DNA of 64,000 nucleotides from a virus (Duplodnaviria; Caudoviricetes): IMG/VR virus record IMGVR_UViG_3300042196_000418; one strand, 5' to 3'. Shown piece by piece: positions 1 to 9,867 of this stretch (position 1 is its first letter; each line of letters starts with the position of its first letter). The notes under the pieces were generated by a model. It saw only the letters and a program-made list of their open reading frames with translations, ran no database searches and was not told where the DNA came from. The position numbers and the translations under genes were made by a program.

Positions 1-2923
1 CCATGATCTCGACGACACGAGTCGTCTTGAGATCAGCGTCGAGATCAAGCAGGAAATTGCGTGTACGGATGATCTGATAACCCTTGTAGGGCCCTTCGTC
101 CCTGACCCAGTCTTCGGGAGGCGTCGTATAGCTGCCGTTGATGAGCTTGTAGTTCACGGTGCGAACGATGCAGCGTGCCTGTTCACCATCGAAATAGATC
201 GATGGGTTACTCGCGTTCCAACCCGGCTCGGGAGAGAAGTCGATCGCTTGCGCCGTCGCGCCGAACAGCTCGCTCGCACTCGGAGCATAGAACGCTCGAT
301 TCGCCCGCAACCGCTCGTCGCCGGGCCGGTAGCTCACCGCCTGCTCGGCGAAGTCACGGCCATCCTCCTTGTGCCCGGAGTAGTACGAAGAGATAGCTGC
401 GCGATCTGCCGCCTTCCAGGTGTAGACATCCTCGTCGAGGAAGAGATCGGTCGGAGGCTTGGGCATCTCCGCTGCGACCGTGGCGAACAGACGCGAGACG
501 GAGTGAATGCCCTTATCGTACCAATACTGCGAGATCGCGTAGAGCGGCTCCCCTCGCCGCGGATCGTGCGCATACGCTTCCAGATACGCTTGCTGGATCT
601 CGGCCCACGGCCGACCGAGCCGTTCCATCATCTTGCCGATGCGGAACTTCGCCTCGAACACCTCGTCGAAGTAGCCGCCCATCGTCGCGCGCTGTTCGTA
701 CATCTCGAGCGCCTGCGCGGGCTGCCCCAGGCACTCATGCGTTTGGCCCAGATAGAAATAGGGCCTTGGATCCTTGGGATCCTCAATGCGATCACGGTTG
801 AGCAGATCAAGGTCGCGCGTCCAACGCGTGCGCCACTCGTCGGAGCTGCGCGTGCCACGATCACGAACGACTGTTACATCCGGGATCGCCGGACCGGTGT
901 TTGGTCCCATCGCGCACTCGTGCGTCCGCCACTTGTAGCGCCACCCGAATCCCGTGCGCATCACGAGCGGGTGGTAGTAGTGGCCAGGTGAGATGCGTAC
1001 GCGATACGCGCCAGCAAAATCTCGGCGATGCGCGTCGAGAAAGCTCACCAGCGCGGCTCCGCCCTGGAGTACGTCACCGTTGGGCATGATCGAGAACACC
1101 GTGGACAGTCCGTGCAGCTCGAGCGCGCGATTTCTGCTCGTCGCGAAGTCGACGAAGGGCTCCTCGTGCAGGACACCTGGAATGCCGGCCAGCTCGCGCT
1201 TGATCAGGTCCTGCGTGCCGTCAGTCGATCCGGTATCGAGGATCGTCCACATGTCGACGTAGGGCCGATACGACGCGAGCACTGTTGCGATCCGCTTCGC
1301 TTCATTCTTGACGATCATCACCAACCCGAGCAACGGCCGATCTGGAAGAGACGCCGTCGCACGGAGTCCCTGTATGAGGGCGGTGGTCTCCGTGGGCACC
1401 GGTGGTGTCTCGGGACTCCGAACCGTCTCTTCGGGCGTGGAAACAGCCACCGAAGATCGCTTCACCCCAGGCTCAACAAGCAGCATTTGCGGCCAACCCT
1501 GAACAGGCACCACGCTGTAGCCGAGATCGCTGACATGCGCGATCAGCTGCGCGCGCTCACGTGCGAACCACTCGTGGTCCCACGCCTCCAGTAGAAGCGT
1601 CGGCCGGTGCTTCTCCAGAGTCTTCGCCGCTCCGCGCAAGATGTCGATCTCGAAACCTTCGGCGTCGATCTTGATGACGCCGACGTTGTCGAACGCGAAG
1701 TCATCGAGCTGTGCGCAGCGCACCCGCTCTACTCCGAGCACGGCGCCGAGCTCCTGCCGGTGACGAAGCGTCGAACCACCACCATCCACCGAAACGACGT
1801 GCAGATCGAGATCACCCTGGCCGCCGAGCGCCACGTCGTGGCAGACCACGTTGCGGAGCTTGGCCCGTTGAACACCCTCGTGGAGGCGATCGTACGTCGA
1901 ACGCTGGGGCTCGAACGCATGGACCTGTTTGCACTTCAGCGCGAAGTGCTGCGCCCATGTCCCGACGTGCGCACCCACGTCGACGAAGGTCTCGTCATGC
2001 GCGATGAACTGCGTCGCCCACTCGATCAGCGCCGCCTCGGGAGCGCCACCGTGCCGCGCGAAGTACGCTTCTTCGGCGGCATCGCGCAGGAGGTAACAGG
2101 ACCCGGGGGAGAATGCCGGACGAAAAACCCGGAACTTCGCCGGTGTAAAGTGAAGCTCGGTCGTCTCGTCTCCGCGGGCCTCATGCTGTGGCGTGGCATC
2201 GGTCATGATCTGCTCCTCAGCCTTCTCGGCTTCGTAGTTCGTAAACATCGTCGCGTCGTGGCCGGCCTTGTACCAACGGATGGGCAAGAGCTTCCGGCGC
2301 TCGACCTCTGCCCAGTCGTTCACCTCCCACGTCACGCGCCCCGTCTTCGCCAACCGCTCCAAAGTCACCTCCCGCACGGCCTCGTGGAAGGCAAGCACGA
2401 GTTCACGCGGCACGACGAGAGACCCTCCGCAAAAGCGCCAGTCGGGCGAGTCGATCGACGCGCTGGAGACAACGTGACAGCCCGGGATCGCGATCTCGCA
2501 ACGCGCGGCGACGCGGCCCAAGAAGTCGTCGATCACGTCCGCGGTGACCCCAGGTACGTGGAAGATCCCATAGTCGAGCCACACCAGAACGTCCGCCAGT
2601 GGGTTGGTCTCCAGCGCGGAGACGAGCCACGCGGTCTTTTGATGTTGAACGACGTGGTAAGCGAGCGAGTTCTTCTTCGGATTGTCGGCGACAGTGTGAT
2701 CGACGCGCCGATCGCGGACATGATCGTAGAGCCAGCAGTCCTCCAGCGCACATCGAAACACACGCACCGGAGCCACGCGGAGTTCTCGGAGCCGGGCGCC
2801 GAGACGCTCGTACTCGTCAGGGCTCCGCGGGAAGTCCGGTATCTGCACGTATCCGGTCACGACAGCAACCTTGGTTTCGCGCTGCCGTGATTCTTCGTCG
2901 AAGGACGCTTTGTCCATTCCCAT
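1..2923 (-). CDS. Large multidomain glycan-modifying protein, 3' end off window (>970 aa): HtrL/YibB-like domain + FkbM methyltransferase + GT2 glycosyltransferase + TPR + start of propeller-like domain
   Basis: Not in ORF track because it has no stop in the window. Translated by hand from ATG at 2923: WLDYGIFH..RFCGG, FVDVGAHVG..FEP..IKIDAEGFE, LVMIVKNE..LDTGSTDGT, YFYLGQT TPR helices, NPSI motif. The long + strand ORFs 248/1028/1607 are its in-frame antisense shadows. Confidence 0.85.
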   Translation of the reverse strand, partial: MGMDKASFDEESRQRETKVAVVTGYVQIPDFPRSPDEYERLGARLRELRVAPVRVFRCALEDCWLYDHVRDRRVDHTVADNPKKNSLAYHVVQHQKTAWLVSALETNPLADVLVWLDYGIFHVPGVTADVIDDFLGRVAARCEIAIPGCHVVSSASIDSPDWRFCGGSLVVPRELVLAFHEAVREVTLERLAKTGRVTWEVNDWAEVERRKLLPIRWYKAGHDATMFTNYEAEKAEEQIMTDATPQHEARGDETTELHFTPAKFRVFRPAFSPGSCYLLRDAAEEAYFARHGGAPEAALIEWATQFIAHDETFVDVGAHVGTWAQHFALKCKQVHAFEPQRSTYDRLHEGVQRAKLRNVVCHDVALGGQGDLDLHVVSVDGGGSTLRHRQELGAVLGVERVRCAQLDDFAFDNVGVIKIDAEGFEIDILRGAAKTLEKHRPTLLLEAWDHEWFARERAQLIAHVSDLGYSVVPVQGWPQMLLVEPGVKRSSVAVSTPEETVRSPETPPVPTETTALIQGLRATASLPDRPLLGLVMIVKNEAKRIATVLASYRPYVDMWTILDTGSTDGTQDLIKRELAGIPGVLHEEPFVDFATSRNRALELHGLSTVFSIMPNGDVLQGGAALVSFLDAHRRDFAGAYRVRISPGHYYHPLVMRTGFGWRYKWRTHECAMGPNTGPAIPDVTVVRDRGTRSSDEWRTRWTRDLDLLNRDRIEDPKDPRPYFYLGQTHECLGQPAQALEMYEQRATMGGYFDEVFEAKFRIGKMMERLGRPWAEIQQAYLEAYAHDPRRGEPLYAISQYWYDKGIHSVSRLFATVAAEMPKPPTDLFLDEDVYTWKAADRAAISSYYSGHKEDGRDFAEQAVSYRPGDERLRANRAFYAPSASELFGATAQAIDFSPEPGWNASNPSIYFDGEQARCIVRTVNYKLINGSYTTPPEDWVRDEGPYKGYQIIRTRNFLLDLDADLKTTRVVEIM

Positions 2924-2932
2924 GGAAGGGCC

Positions 2933-3583
2933 TCAGTAGTTCGCGCGCTTCGAGCCGAGCTTGTCCTTCTGGAGTACACAGAGGTTGTTCTTGAGCCCGA
3001 CGAAGAAGTACGGCACGTCGCTGCCGACGATCTCTTTGATCACGTGAGGTTCTGTACTCAGGCAACTTCCTGGATAGATGTCCTCGATGATGTATAGGCC
3101 ACCATCACGGAGGAATGGCCAGAAGTTTCGCAGCGTGACCAGTTGGCTCTGGTCAATATGATCTCCGTCATCGATGATCACGTCGAGCTTGCCATCGAAA
3201 TCGACGAACGAGTTACGTACGGAGGTCTCATTCATCGAATTGCAGAGACACGTTCGGATTCGGGGCTCTGCGAACTGCGTGTCAGACTGCACGTCGCAGC
3301 CCAAGATCTGAGCCTCAGGAAACCAATCTCTCCAGGCGCGAAGAGAACCTCCAGGCGCGTAGCCTTCAAGCGCATAGCCCTGCATCGACGAGTGAACGCC
3401 CGGAAGCATCGTACCGATTCCGATTTCTAAGAAGACCTTCACATGTGCGCGTTGTGGTGACAGGAGGACATGGTAGAGCTGGGCGTAACCATTGCGATCC
3501 TTGTCGCTGCCGTAGTGATTGAAGAGCTGCGCAAGATCCATGAGGGCTCCGTCGATGATCGGGGTTCGCGGTTCGCTCCGCAT
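2933..3583 (-). CDS. Class I SAM-dependent (sugar O-)methyltransferase, MycE-like
   Basis: YGSDK, LEIGIG, GGSLRAWRDWFP, DVIIDDGDH, GGLYIIED motifs. Confidence 0.85.
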   Translation of the reverse strand: MRSEPRTPIIDGALMDLAQLFNHYGSDKDRNGYAQLYHVLLSPQRAHVKVFLEIGIGTMLPGVHSSMQGYALEGYAPGGSLRAWRDWFPEAQILGCDVQSDTQFAEPRIRTCLCNSMNETSVRNSFVDFDGKLDVIIDDGDHIDQSQLVTLRNFWPFLRDGGLYIIEDIYPGSCLSTEPHVIKEIVGSDVPYFFVGLKNNLCVLQKDKLGSKRANY

Positions 3584-3620
3584 TGACGAGATTCATACGT
3601 CAGCAGTACAAGCGAGTGCA

Positions 3621-3794
3621 ATGGCGAAGAGGCCCAAGACGGTGATGCTCACGCTGCGTGTGCCGATCTCGCTTCGTGCGAAGCTGCGTGACGCTGCCAA
3701 GGGTGACCATCGATCAGTTAACGGGCTGGTCGTTGCGCTGCTCTGGAAATCACTTCACGAAGAACCGGCGCAAACGGGCGGCGAATCTTCCTAG
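3621..3794 (+). CDS. Arc-like ribbon-helix-helix DNA-binding protein
   Basis: MLTLRVPISLRAKLRDAAKGDHRSVNGLVVALL pattern; ATG at 3621. Confidence 0.75.
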   Translation: MAKRPKTVMLTLRVPISLRAKLRDAAKGDHRSVNGLVVALLWKSLHEEPAQTGGESS

Positions 3795-3820
3795 GAAGTG
3801 CACGATCGTAAAGGCGGACT

Positions 3821-4396
3821 TCATCGACGCACTCCTAAGTACCAGCTGTAGCGCGGGTCGATTGACACAGTGTCGTACCAGTTGCGCAGGTAGCCCAACA
3901 CAGCCTCGGTCTTTCGATGATCACCGTGCAAGAAATCGTGGAAGCTGACTGCGATCTGATCGACGCACTCAAACAAACGCTCCGGCATTGTCATCAAGAT
4001 CTCTATCTCGGAGCCCTCGACGTTGAGCTTGAGCACGGAAACGTCGGCAATGTTGTAACGCTGAAACAGATCCAGCAACGAGAGCGCCTCGACGGGCGTT
4101 GTGTGATCTGTGGCAGCGAAGCGCGTCGAAGATCCGTGACCGTTCAACTTCATTTTTAGAACGCTGGGAGTCGCTGCGATTGCTCCCTTCCAGATCTCGA
4201 CGCCCGCGACCCCAGGATCATTCTCGAACGGATCTACACCAACCACGCGCTTCTTCCCGAAGAAACGCTGCGACCAGTCCCACGAAGCACAGCCAAGATC
4301 GACGATCGCGCCGGGATGATCCCACACGCGTCGATGAAGGCGTGTCCATGGCTCGCCCACGTTCGCAGCGACCTCAAGATCCGCCTCCTTGATCAT
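3821..4396 (-). CDS. FkbM-like methyltransferase
   Basis: IVDLGC, VLKLNVEGSEIEIL, QIAVSFH. Confidence 0.75.
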   Translation of the reverse strand: MIKEADLEVAANVGEPWTRLHRRVWDHPGAIVDLGCASWDWSQRFFGKKRVVGVDPFENDPGVAGVEIWKGAIAATPSVLKMKLNGHGSSTRFAATDHTTPVEALSLLDLFQRYNIADVSVLKLNVEGSEIEILMTMPERLFECVDQIAVSFHDFLHGDHRKTEAVLGYLRNWYDTVSIDPRYSWYLGVRR

Positions 4397-4495
4397 GACC
4401 CTCGTTGCTCCTTACGTGTCAGTGTATACTTCCATCGGAAATCGGAAGTGCATCAAGCACTGGTAGTGTCCATGGACACGTTGCCGTTTCGATCC

Positions 4496-5200
4496 TCAGC
4501 GTTTCACGAAGAGCGCGCCACCCCCAAGGCCGGGCCCGAAGTAGTTCGGCAGCTCGGCTTCGCGCTCAGGCTTGTCCCGCAGAAAGACCTCGCAAGCCTT
4601 CTTCACACCCGGCAACAGCTCCCACTCGTAGTCGTCAATGACGACACGCGCGCCGCTCGACAACTTCGCGTACACCTTGTTGAAGCTGTCGATGATCGAC
4701 GAGTACATGTCGCCGTCGAAAAAGGCGAACGCGATCGAAGACGGGTACTCCGCATCGGGAATCGCGGAGAACCAGCCAGAGTGGACGTGAGACGGGCGTA
4801 GACCGCTACGCTCGAAATTCTTGTCGAAGACCTTGCGGGGAGTCATGCAAAAGCCCTCCTCGAACAAAGGTACATCACCGATCGGTTTGTCCTCTGAGGT
4901 CGGAGCAGGCACCCCTTGCCAGGAATCATAGACGTGCAATTCCCGGTCGTCCTGCCGCAGAGCATCAAGTAGCCGCCGCATCATGATCGTCGTCGTGCCC
5001 TGGAAACACCCCAGCTCAACCACGTGCCCCGGAACACCCGCGCGTACGACGCGCTCAAGTTCCATCAGCACGTGGTACATCTTGCTCGGCGAGGACTGAC
5101 CTATCGGCACAGGATGCTCGCCGAGTATCTGCCGCACCAGGTCGTCACCCGGGGCAGGAGGCGGCATCATTCCGAAGAGTGGGTGCTGGGCTTTATGCAC
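4496..5200 (-). CDS. TylF/MycF/NovP-family sugar O-methyltransferase
   Basis: GHVVELGCFQG, YDSWQG, GWFS, FFDGDMYSS, IDDY, GVKKAC. Confidence 0.9.
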   Translation of the reverse strand: MHKAQHPLFGMMPPPAPGDDLVRQILGEHPVPIGQSSPSKMYHVLMELERVVRAGVPGHVVELGCFQGTTTIMMRRLLDALRQDDRELHVYDSWQGVPAPTSEDKPIGDVPLFEEGFCMTPRKVFDKNFERSGLRPSHVHSGWFSAIPDAEYPSSIAFAFFDGDMYSSIIDSFNKVYAKLSSGARVVIDDYEWELLPGVKKACEVFLRDKPEREAELPNYFGPGLGGGALFVKR

Positions 5201-5207
5201 GGCGGTC

Positions 5208-5522
5208 CTACTTCACAGCGGACGTGAGTTTTGCATTCTCGACCGTGAGCGTCGTGACCTGTTCGAGCAGGCTCATGTTCTGCTGGCTGAGCACACGGAT
5301 CGTGCGTTCAAACAGCTCCGCGTTGCAGTGCATGAGCTTGTTCACGGGACTCAAGCGATCAGCTAGGGCCACGATGACACGTTGAATCTCGACGGCCATG
5401 TCTGGCGTTGACCGTTCCAGATGCCGACGTGCAGCAGCAACCTGTTCGTCAAGTTCCTGCGGCGTGAGTGGAGGTCTGGCAAGAAGCCACTGTGGGAGCG
5501 AACCGATCTGCCTTGCCGTCAT
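5208..5522 (-). CDS. Small coiled-coil hypothetical protein
   Basis: ORF fits operon spacing; heptad-like C-terminus. Confidence 0.5.
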   Translation of the reverse strand: MTARQIGSLPQWLLARPPLTPQELDEQVAAARRHLERSTPDMAVEIQRVIVALADRLSPVNKLMHCNAELFERTIRVLSQQNMSLLEQVTTLTVENAKLTSAVK

Positions 5523-5591
5523 CGTGCGTCCGAGCCTACTACTCCCCAGCAGAACAAAACAGAACCGTAGACAGCGGCGGCGGTTAACAGG

Positions 5592-6743
5592 TTACCGCCA
5601 AAACTCGTCCGGCACTGCGCTATGCCCGAACGCCCACGACGGCCGACCTTCGACCTCGTTCCAGTTGACGTACGGCTCCTTGATCTTCTTCTCGAGGACG
5701 GTGATGTTGCTGGCGACGCCATCGACCGCTTCGTTGAACGTCACACGGCCGATGCTCTCGTGAAACTCCTCGATGACCCGGGTGACGGTCTTGACGTGAT
5801 GGAGGCCGCGGGTGTCGTGGAACAGCAGATGCCCGCCGATCCGTAGATGCGAGAAGCAGCGCAGCGCGAACGCCAGCCGAAGCTCAGCCGCGCCGTCGTT
5901 GAACACCAGATCGAACTGCTCGCCTGGCGTCGGATTCCACTGATCGTAACTCTGCATCGAGACGTGAGGCCGAACGCCCAGCCTCTGGAGGTTTCCCTCG
6001 GTCGTCGCGATCCACGCAGGATCGGTGTCCAAGCTCAAGAACCGCGTGCCAGAGGCGATCGACTGAGCAATGATCTGCGTGCTGCCACCGACACCGAATT
6101 CGAGGACCGCGCTCGCTCTCTGCGCGTACGTCTGTATCAGCCTGGCATCTTGCGAGCTGAGATCTCCGATGAACTTCGGAGGGAGCTCGCTCGCGAGGCG
6201 CTCCCCCTCGAACGTCCAACCAGAGACATCGATGAAGTTCGAAAAGACGGTGGTCCAGGGCAGACGGCGCTTGTACGTCGTGCGGTAGCGGAAGAGCCCA
6301 CTGATCTGGTTGAAGTAGTCTTCGCTGTTCGTGTCGTGGGCCACGACAACCTGCGCGAGCTGCGCGAGCTGCCTGATGTCGACGATCCGCTGCTCGACAG
6401 GTGCGTGATCGACAAAGGCGATCGCGTAGGGCAGCTCATCGCCTTCGAGGGGTCGTACCGGGTCAAGTTCGCTCCACGAACGCATGTACCCAATCGCATG
6501 GTTGTTCGAGCGAAGATGCTCGAACCGCTCGAACCACTCGCGGTCGCTCTCGAGCGTGACGATCCGCCTACCCGTCGCCAGCGAAACCTCATGCAAAGGC
6601 AGCGTACTGCCCTCACCAGCTCCCAGCTCCAAGACAATGCCGTCCGGGACGCGGAGCACCGCTTCACACAACACAGGGCGATGCGTCTCGTAGGAATTGC
6701 GGACACCAGCGAAAGCTGCACGGATGATGCGTTCTGTATTCAC
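5592..6743 (-). CDS. Tandem double class I methyltransferase
   Basis: Two SAM motifs (VLELGAGEGST, VLEFGVGGST) each followed by FxD and HDT; second domain paralogous to 62667-63257. Confidence 0.85.
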   Translation of the reverse strand: MNTERIIRAAFAGVRNSYETHRPVLCEAVLRVPDGIVLELGAGEGSTLPLHEVSLATGRRIVTLESDREWFERFEHLRSNNHAIGYMRSWSELDPVRPLEGDELPYAIAFVDHAPVEQRIVDIRQLAQLAQVVVAHDTNSEDYFNQISGLFRYRTTYKRRLPWTTVFSNFIDVSGWTFEGERLASELPPKFIGDLSSQDARLIQTYAQRASAVLEFGVGGSTQIIAQSIASGTRFLSLDTDPAWIATTEGNLQRLGVRPHVSMQSYDQWNPTPGEQFDLVFNDGAAELRLAFALRCFSHLRIGGHLLFHDTRGLHHVKTVTRVIEEFHESIGRVTFNEAVDGVASNITVLEKKIKEPYVNWNEVEGRPSWAFGHSAVPDEFWR

Positions 6744-6807
6744 GTAAAATTCCTTCGTGGGCCACGGCGTTCGTTGAGTGCTTATCCGATTGTCCGGTTA
6801 TCACCCA

Positions 6808-7050
6808 TCACAGCAACCCTGCCTTCTTAGCCACGTCGATCACGTTGTCCAGCATGTACTGCATTCGTTCGAGCGCTGCTTTCGTTGCGCGCTTGGCAGA
6901 TGCGGGTGACTTCTTGGGGTCAGGCCAAGAATCCTTGTCGGTTCCAGAACAAATCTCGATTCCGGTGTCAGTCAAGATCCTTGCTTCAATGGTCGTATCG
7001 TTGTTCCCGACGTGGCTGGTCTCAAACTTCGTAACGATCTCGATCTTCAT
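6808..7050 (-). CDS. Hypothetical protein
   Basis: ATG ORF with GGAG upstream. Confidence 0.5.
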   Translation of the reverse strand: MKIEIVTKFETSHVGNNDTTIEARILTDTGIEICSGTDKDSWPDPKKSPASAKRATKAALERMQYMLDNVIDVAKKAGLL

Positions 7051-7092
7051 GCTTCATGACTCCCTGGGCGACAATCGAATAAGCATGCTTCG

Positions 7093-8037
7093 TTACCGCA
7101 GGACAGTCTCCAACAGCGTCTTCATTCGGTTCGTGTACGTGTGGTGCTGCCGAACGGCTTCGAACGTGCGATCCGCGTGCTCGCGGCGTTCTTGGTCATT
7201 AGCCAGGAAGTAGTCGATCTTCGATTGCAGATCCACGAGGTCGCGCGGGCGATACGTGACGAGCCCCGGGATATCCAGGCCCTCGACAGCGGGATGAATG
7301 AGAAACCCGCCACGGCCCAGAGTCTCGGGGACGCGATCACTCCAGTACCTCGGGATCCCCGCGAAGCACGAGTCGCCAACGACCACCTTGACGCTCGCGT
7401 AGAGGTCGTTGAGCCGCCCCTCGCGGAACACACCTGTCGTGTCCCCGTTGAAACGTCGAAAACGTGCGCCGTAGGTTTGCTCGAGCCATCGGATCAGTTC
7501 GCCGCGGAACGGGTACTCGGGGTGGTAGTCCCGGGCACCGACGAAGGCTACGTCCGTCGCGAGCTCGGGGCGGGCCGTTCCACGAAAACAACCGCGCTCG
7601 ACGACCGCTGCCGGCAGCCAGATGTGGTTGACACCGCGCGACGAAAACTCCTGCTGACGGCCACCATCGGCCGTGAAGACGTAGTCGGTCTTCCAGAAGG
7701 CATGGTCACCGACGCGATCTTGCCGCGCGTCGAGAGCGTTCAAGCCCCAGTATAGGTCCAAGTGAAAGCTGGCGGTCTTGATGTCGCGCTTGCGTAGCTT
7801 CTTGAACAGACGCTCCAGTGACAACTCGCCGGGCGTTGTCCAGCCGTGCGTGTGCACGTACAGCAGCAACGCGGCGTGCTCACGCTTGCACGACTTGTAG
7901 ATGTCCTCGGTCTTGTCACGGTTCTCCTGGAAGCGAAGCACGCGACGCCCCAGGTGCTCTAACGTCCAGGCCAGCTCTGACTCGGTGCTGTAGCTCTCGG
8001 AGTGGTTGCCAAGCAGTGCGACGGTTTGCTTACCCAT
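7093..8037 (-). CDS. GT-B glycosyltransferase (CgeB/Glyco_trans_1_2-like)
   Basis: DVAFVG, LNDLYASVKVVVG, YWSDRVPETLGRGGFL, HTYTNR; start reassigned to MGKQT at 8037. Confidence 0.85.
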   Translation of the reverse strand: MGKQTVALLGNHSESYSTESELAWTLEHLGRRVLRFQENRDKTEDIYKSCKREHAALLLYVHTHGWTTPGELSLERLFKKLRKRDIKTASFHLDLYWGLNALDARQDRVGDHAFWKTDYVFTADGGRQQEFSSRGVNHIWLPAAVVERGCFRGTARPELATDVAFVGARDYHPEYPFRGELIRWLEQTYGARFRRFNGDTTGVFREGRLNDLYASVKVVVGDSCFAGIPRYWSDRVPETLGRGGFLIHPAVEGLDIPGLVTYRPRDLVDLQSKIDYFLANDQERREHADRTFEAVRQHHTYTNRMKTLLETVLR

Positions 8038-8935
8038 TGACGACCTCCAAGATGCGAGCACGGAAGCTCGATCGCTCCTGCTCGAAGTGTGCGCGCGACG
8101 CACGAGAAATCTCCTGAATCCGCGTCGACGACAGCTTCGCTACGTGCCGAACACGATCGATCACGGCCTCGGCCGTGACCTCGTGCAACCGCGCCAGGCA
8201 CATGTTTGCGCCCAGGGTCGTCGGCACGAGGAGATCCTTCGGCAACGACAGCTCGTTCATGGGCGGACCATCGCTCGTAACGACGACTGCACCCACACCC
8301 ATCGCCTCGTGAATGTAGTGCCCAAAGCCTTCGTACTTGCTCGGACACAGATGGAACTGGCGGCTGTTCATGAGCTGCCGCAGCTTATCGTCAGACACGC
8401 GCTCGTACGCCTTCACGTGAGGCAACTTCGATGCCTGTCGATAGTAGTACGGCGAGACGACCGTCAATCGGTACGGAAGCTTCTTCCATGCCTTGAGGAT
8501 CGCCTCCGTGTTCTTGAGCTGGCTGTTGCCGGCCAGGTGCAAGAACCTCGGCTTGCGCTCGACGTCGGCCTGGTACAAATCGCGCGACATGAAGCCGACG
8601 TAGCACGCGCGATCGCCAGCGAGCTTTCGAAACAGCTCGTAGGCATGGTGGGTCTTGCACAAAACGCGCGTGACGGCAGGCAGCGCACGCTGGTACTCGT
8701 CGTGCCACCACTCGGGGTTCGGCATGACCCAGTTCTCGGGCGAAGCACTGAAGACCGAGGGCACCACGGTCTCGAGGAACAGGTTCACGTCAGCCGGTGG
8801 ACAGCGCGACGTATTCTGGAAATCGACGCCGGTCACGGCGTGCCCTGCGGGAATGAGTATGTCGCGAAGGATCTCGTACTCGCGCTGGAGCCCCACTCCG
8901 TTGGCGAGGTTGGTGATGATGTTGAAACGCGTCAT
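8030..8935 (-). CDS. GT4-like glycosyltransferase
   Basis: PSKYEGFGHYIHEAMGVGAVVVTSDGPPMNE (EX7E motif). Confidence 0.85.
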   Translation of the reverse strand: MTRFNIITNLANGVGLQREYEILRDILIPAGHAVTGVDFQNTSRCPPADVNLFLETVVPSVFSASPENWVMPNPEWWHDEYQRALPAVTRVLCKTHHAYELFRKLAGDRACYVGFMSRDLYQADVERKPRFLHLAGNSQLKNTEAILKAWKKLPYRLTVVSPYYYRQASKLPHVKAYERVSDDKLRQLMNSRQFHLCPSKYEGFGHYIHEAMGVGAVVVTSDGPPMNELSLPKDLLVPTTLGANMCLARLHEVTAEAVIDRVRHVAKLSSTRIQEISRASRAHFEQERSSFRARILEVVNG

Positions 8936-9867
8936 GCGGGGTTACGAGCGTGATCCTCTAGTTCCTGCATGTCGATGTGCGCATCTCGAATCGGACTGTC
9001 GTCGTACCAGTCACGATAGTCGTAGCCCGGATCCGGTTTCGGAAACGACTGGCCACGCGAGAGCGTCTTGCGCAACGCCACGAGGTCAGGCGTGAACTCC
9101 GTGCGCGAGCGCTTGAAGAAACGTGTTTGTAGGGCCTGGCGCTTGTTGTTCGGCGCTTGTCCCTTGTCTTGCCGTGGGAAATGCACCGGATGCAGAAAGC
9201 CACGAGGGTCGTGGCGATCCTGCTCTACAGCCATCTCGGGAACGAAGTCGAGTCGATATCCTGCGTTGCTGAGCATCTGCCCGAATACGCAATCTTCAAC
9301 ACCGACGGGATCACAGCCCTCCTCGAACCCGTTGACCTTGAGCGCCCACTTGAGCGGCAGCCCTAGATTGCAGCCGTAGCTCCACGCCGGCAGACATTTC
9401 TTCTTCCCCTTCGGATGGGACTCGCGGCGATGGTCCATCGAGATCCCGCCGTTCCAATGCTTGGTGTAAGAACCGCAGAGCACCGCTTCGTGTTTCCTCT
9501 CCCCACGCCGAACCGCGTCGAGCCAACCCGAGCCGAGCTTGCAGCGATCGTCCAGGAAGCAAATGTACTCTGTCGTGCAGAGAGCGATGGCCGTGTTGCG
9601 TGCGTTCGCGTTGGCGAAGAAGTCGTGCGCTGTGATGCGCTGCTCCCCCTGCCAAAGGGTCGGTTTAGGCTTGGTCTGGACGAGCTTCTTTATCTCTTTG
9701 ACCGGCCGGTAACCGATCGCGGTGGCCGGGCGACCAAGGGCGTCGACGACGATCAGCTCGATCTTGTCCTCCGATCGAGCCTGCTTTTCGATGCCGTCAC
9801 AGAGCCACTCGAGATGAGGCTCCTCCCGCGCGGTGATATAGGCGACGGTGAACTTCATATCGATCAC
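8932..9867 (-). CDS. GT-A (GT2-like) glycosyltransferase
   Basis: LIVVD, ARNTAI, ICFLDD, NGFEE, GVED. Confidence 0.8.
   Translation of the reverse strand: MIDMKFTVAYITAREEPHLEWLCDGIEKQARSEDKIELIVVDALGRPATAIGYRPVKEIKKLVQTKPKPTLWQGEQRITAHDFFANANARNTAIALCTTEYICFLDDRCKLGSGWLDAVRRGERKHEAVLCGSYTKHWNGGISMDHRRESHPKGKKKCLPAWSYGCNLGLPLKWALKVNGFEEGCDPVGVEDCVFGQMLSNAGYRLDFVPEMAVEQDRHDPRGFLHPVHFPRQDKGQAPNNKRQALQTRFFKRSRTEFTPDLVALRKTLSRGQSFPKPDPGYDYRDWYDDSPIRDAHIDMQELEDHARNPA

Noticed and set aside
248-2890. Long + strand ORFs (247, 188, 427 aa) and similar ones elsewhere (5847, 8006, 11009, 27986, 32784, 60724)
   Set aside because: Antisense shadows of motif-bearing genes on the other strand, typical of high-GC DNA
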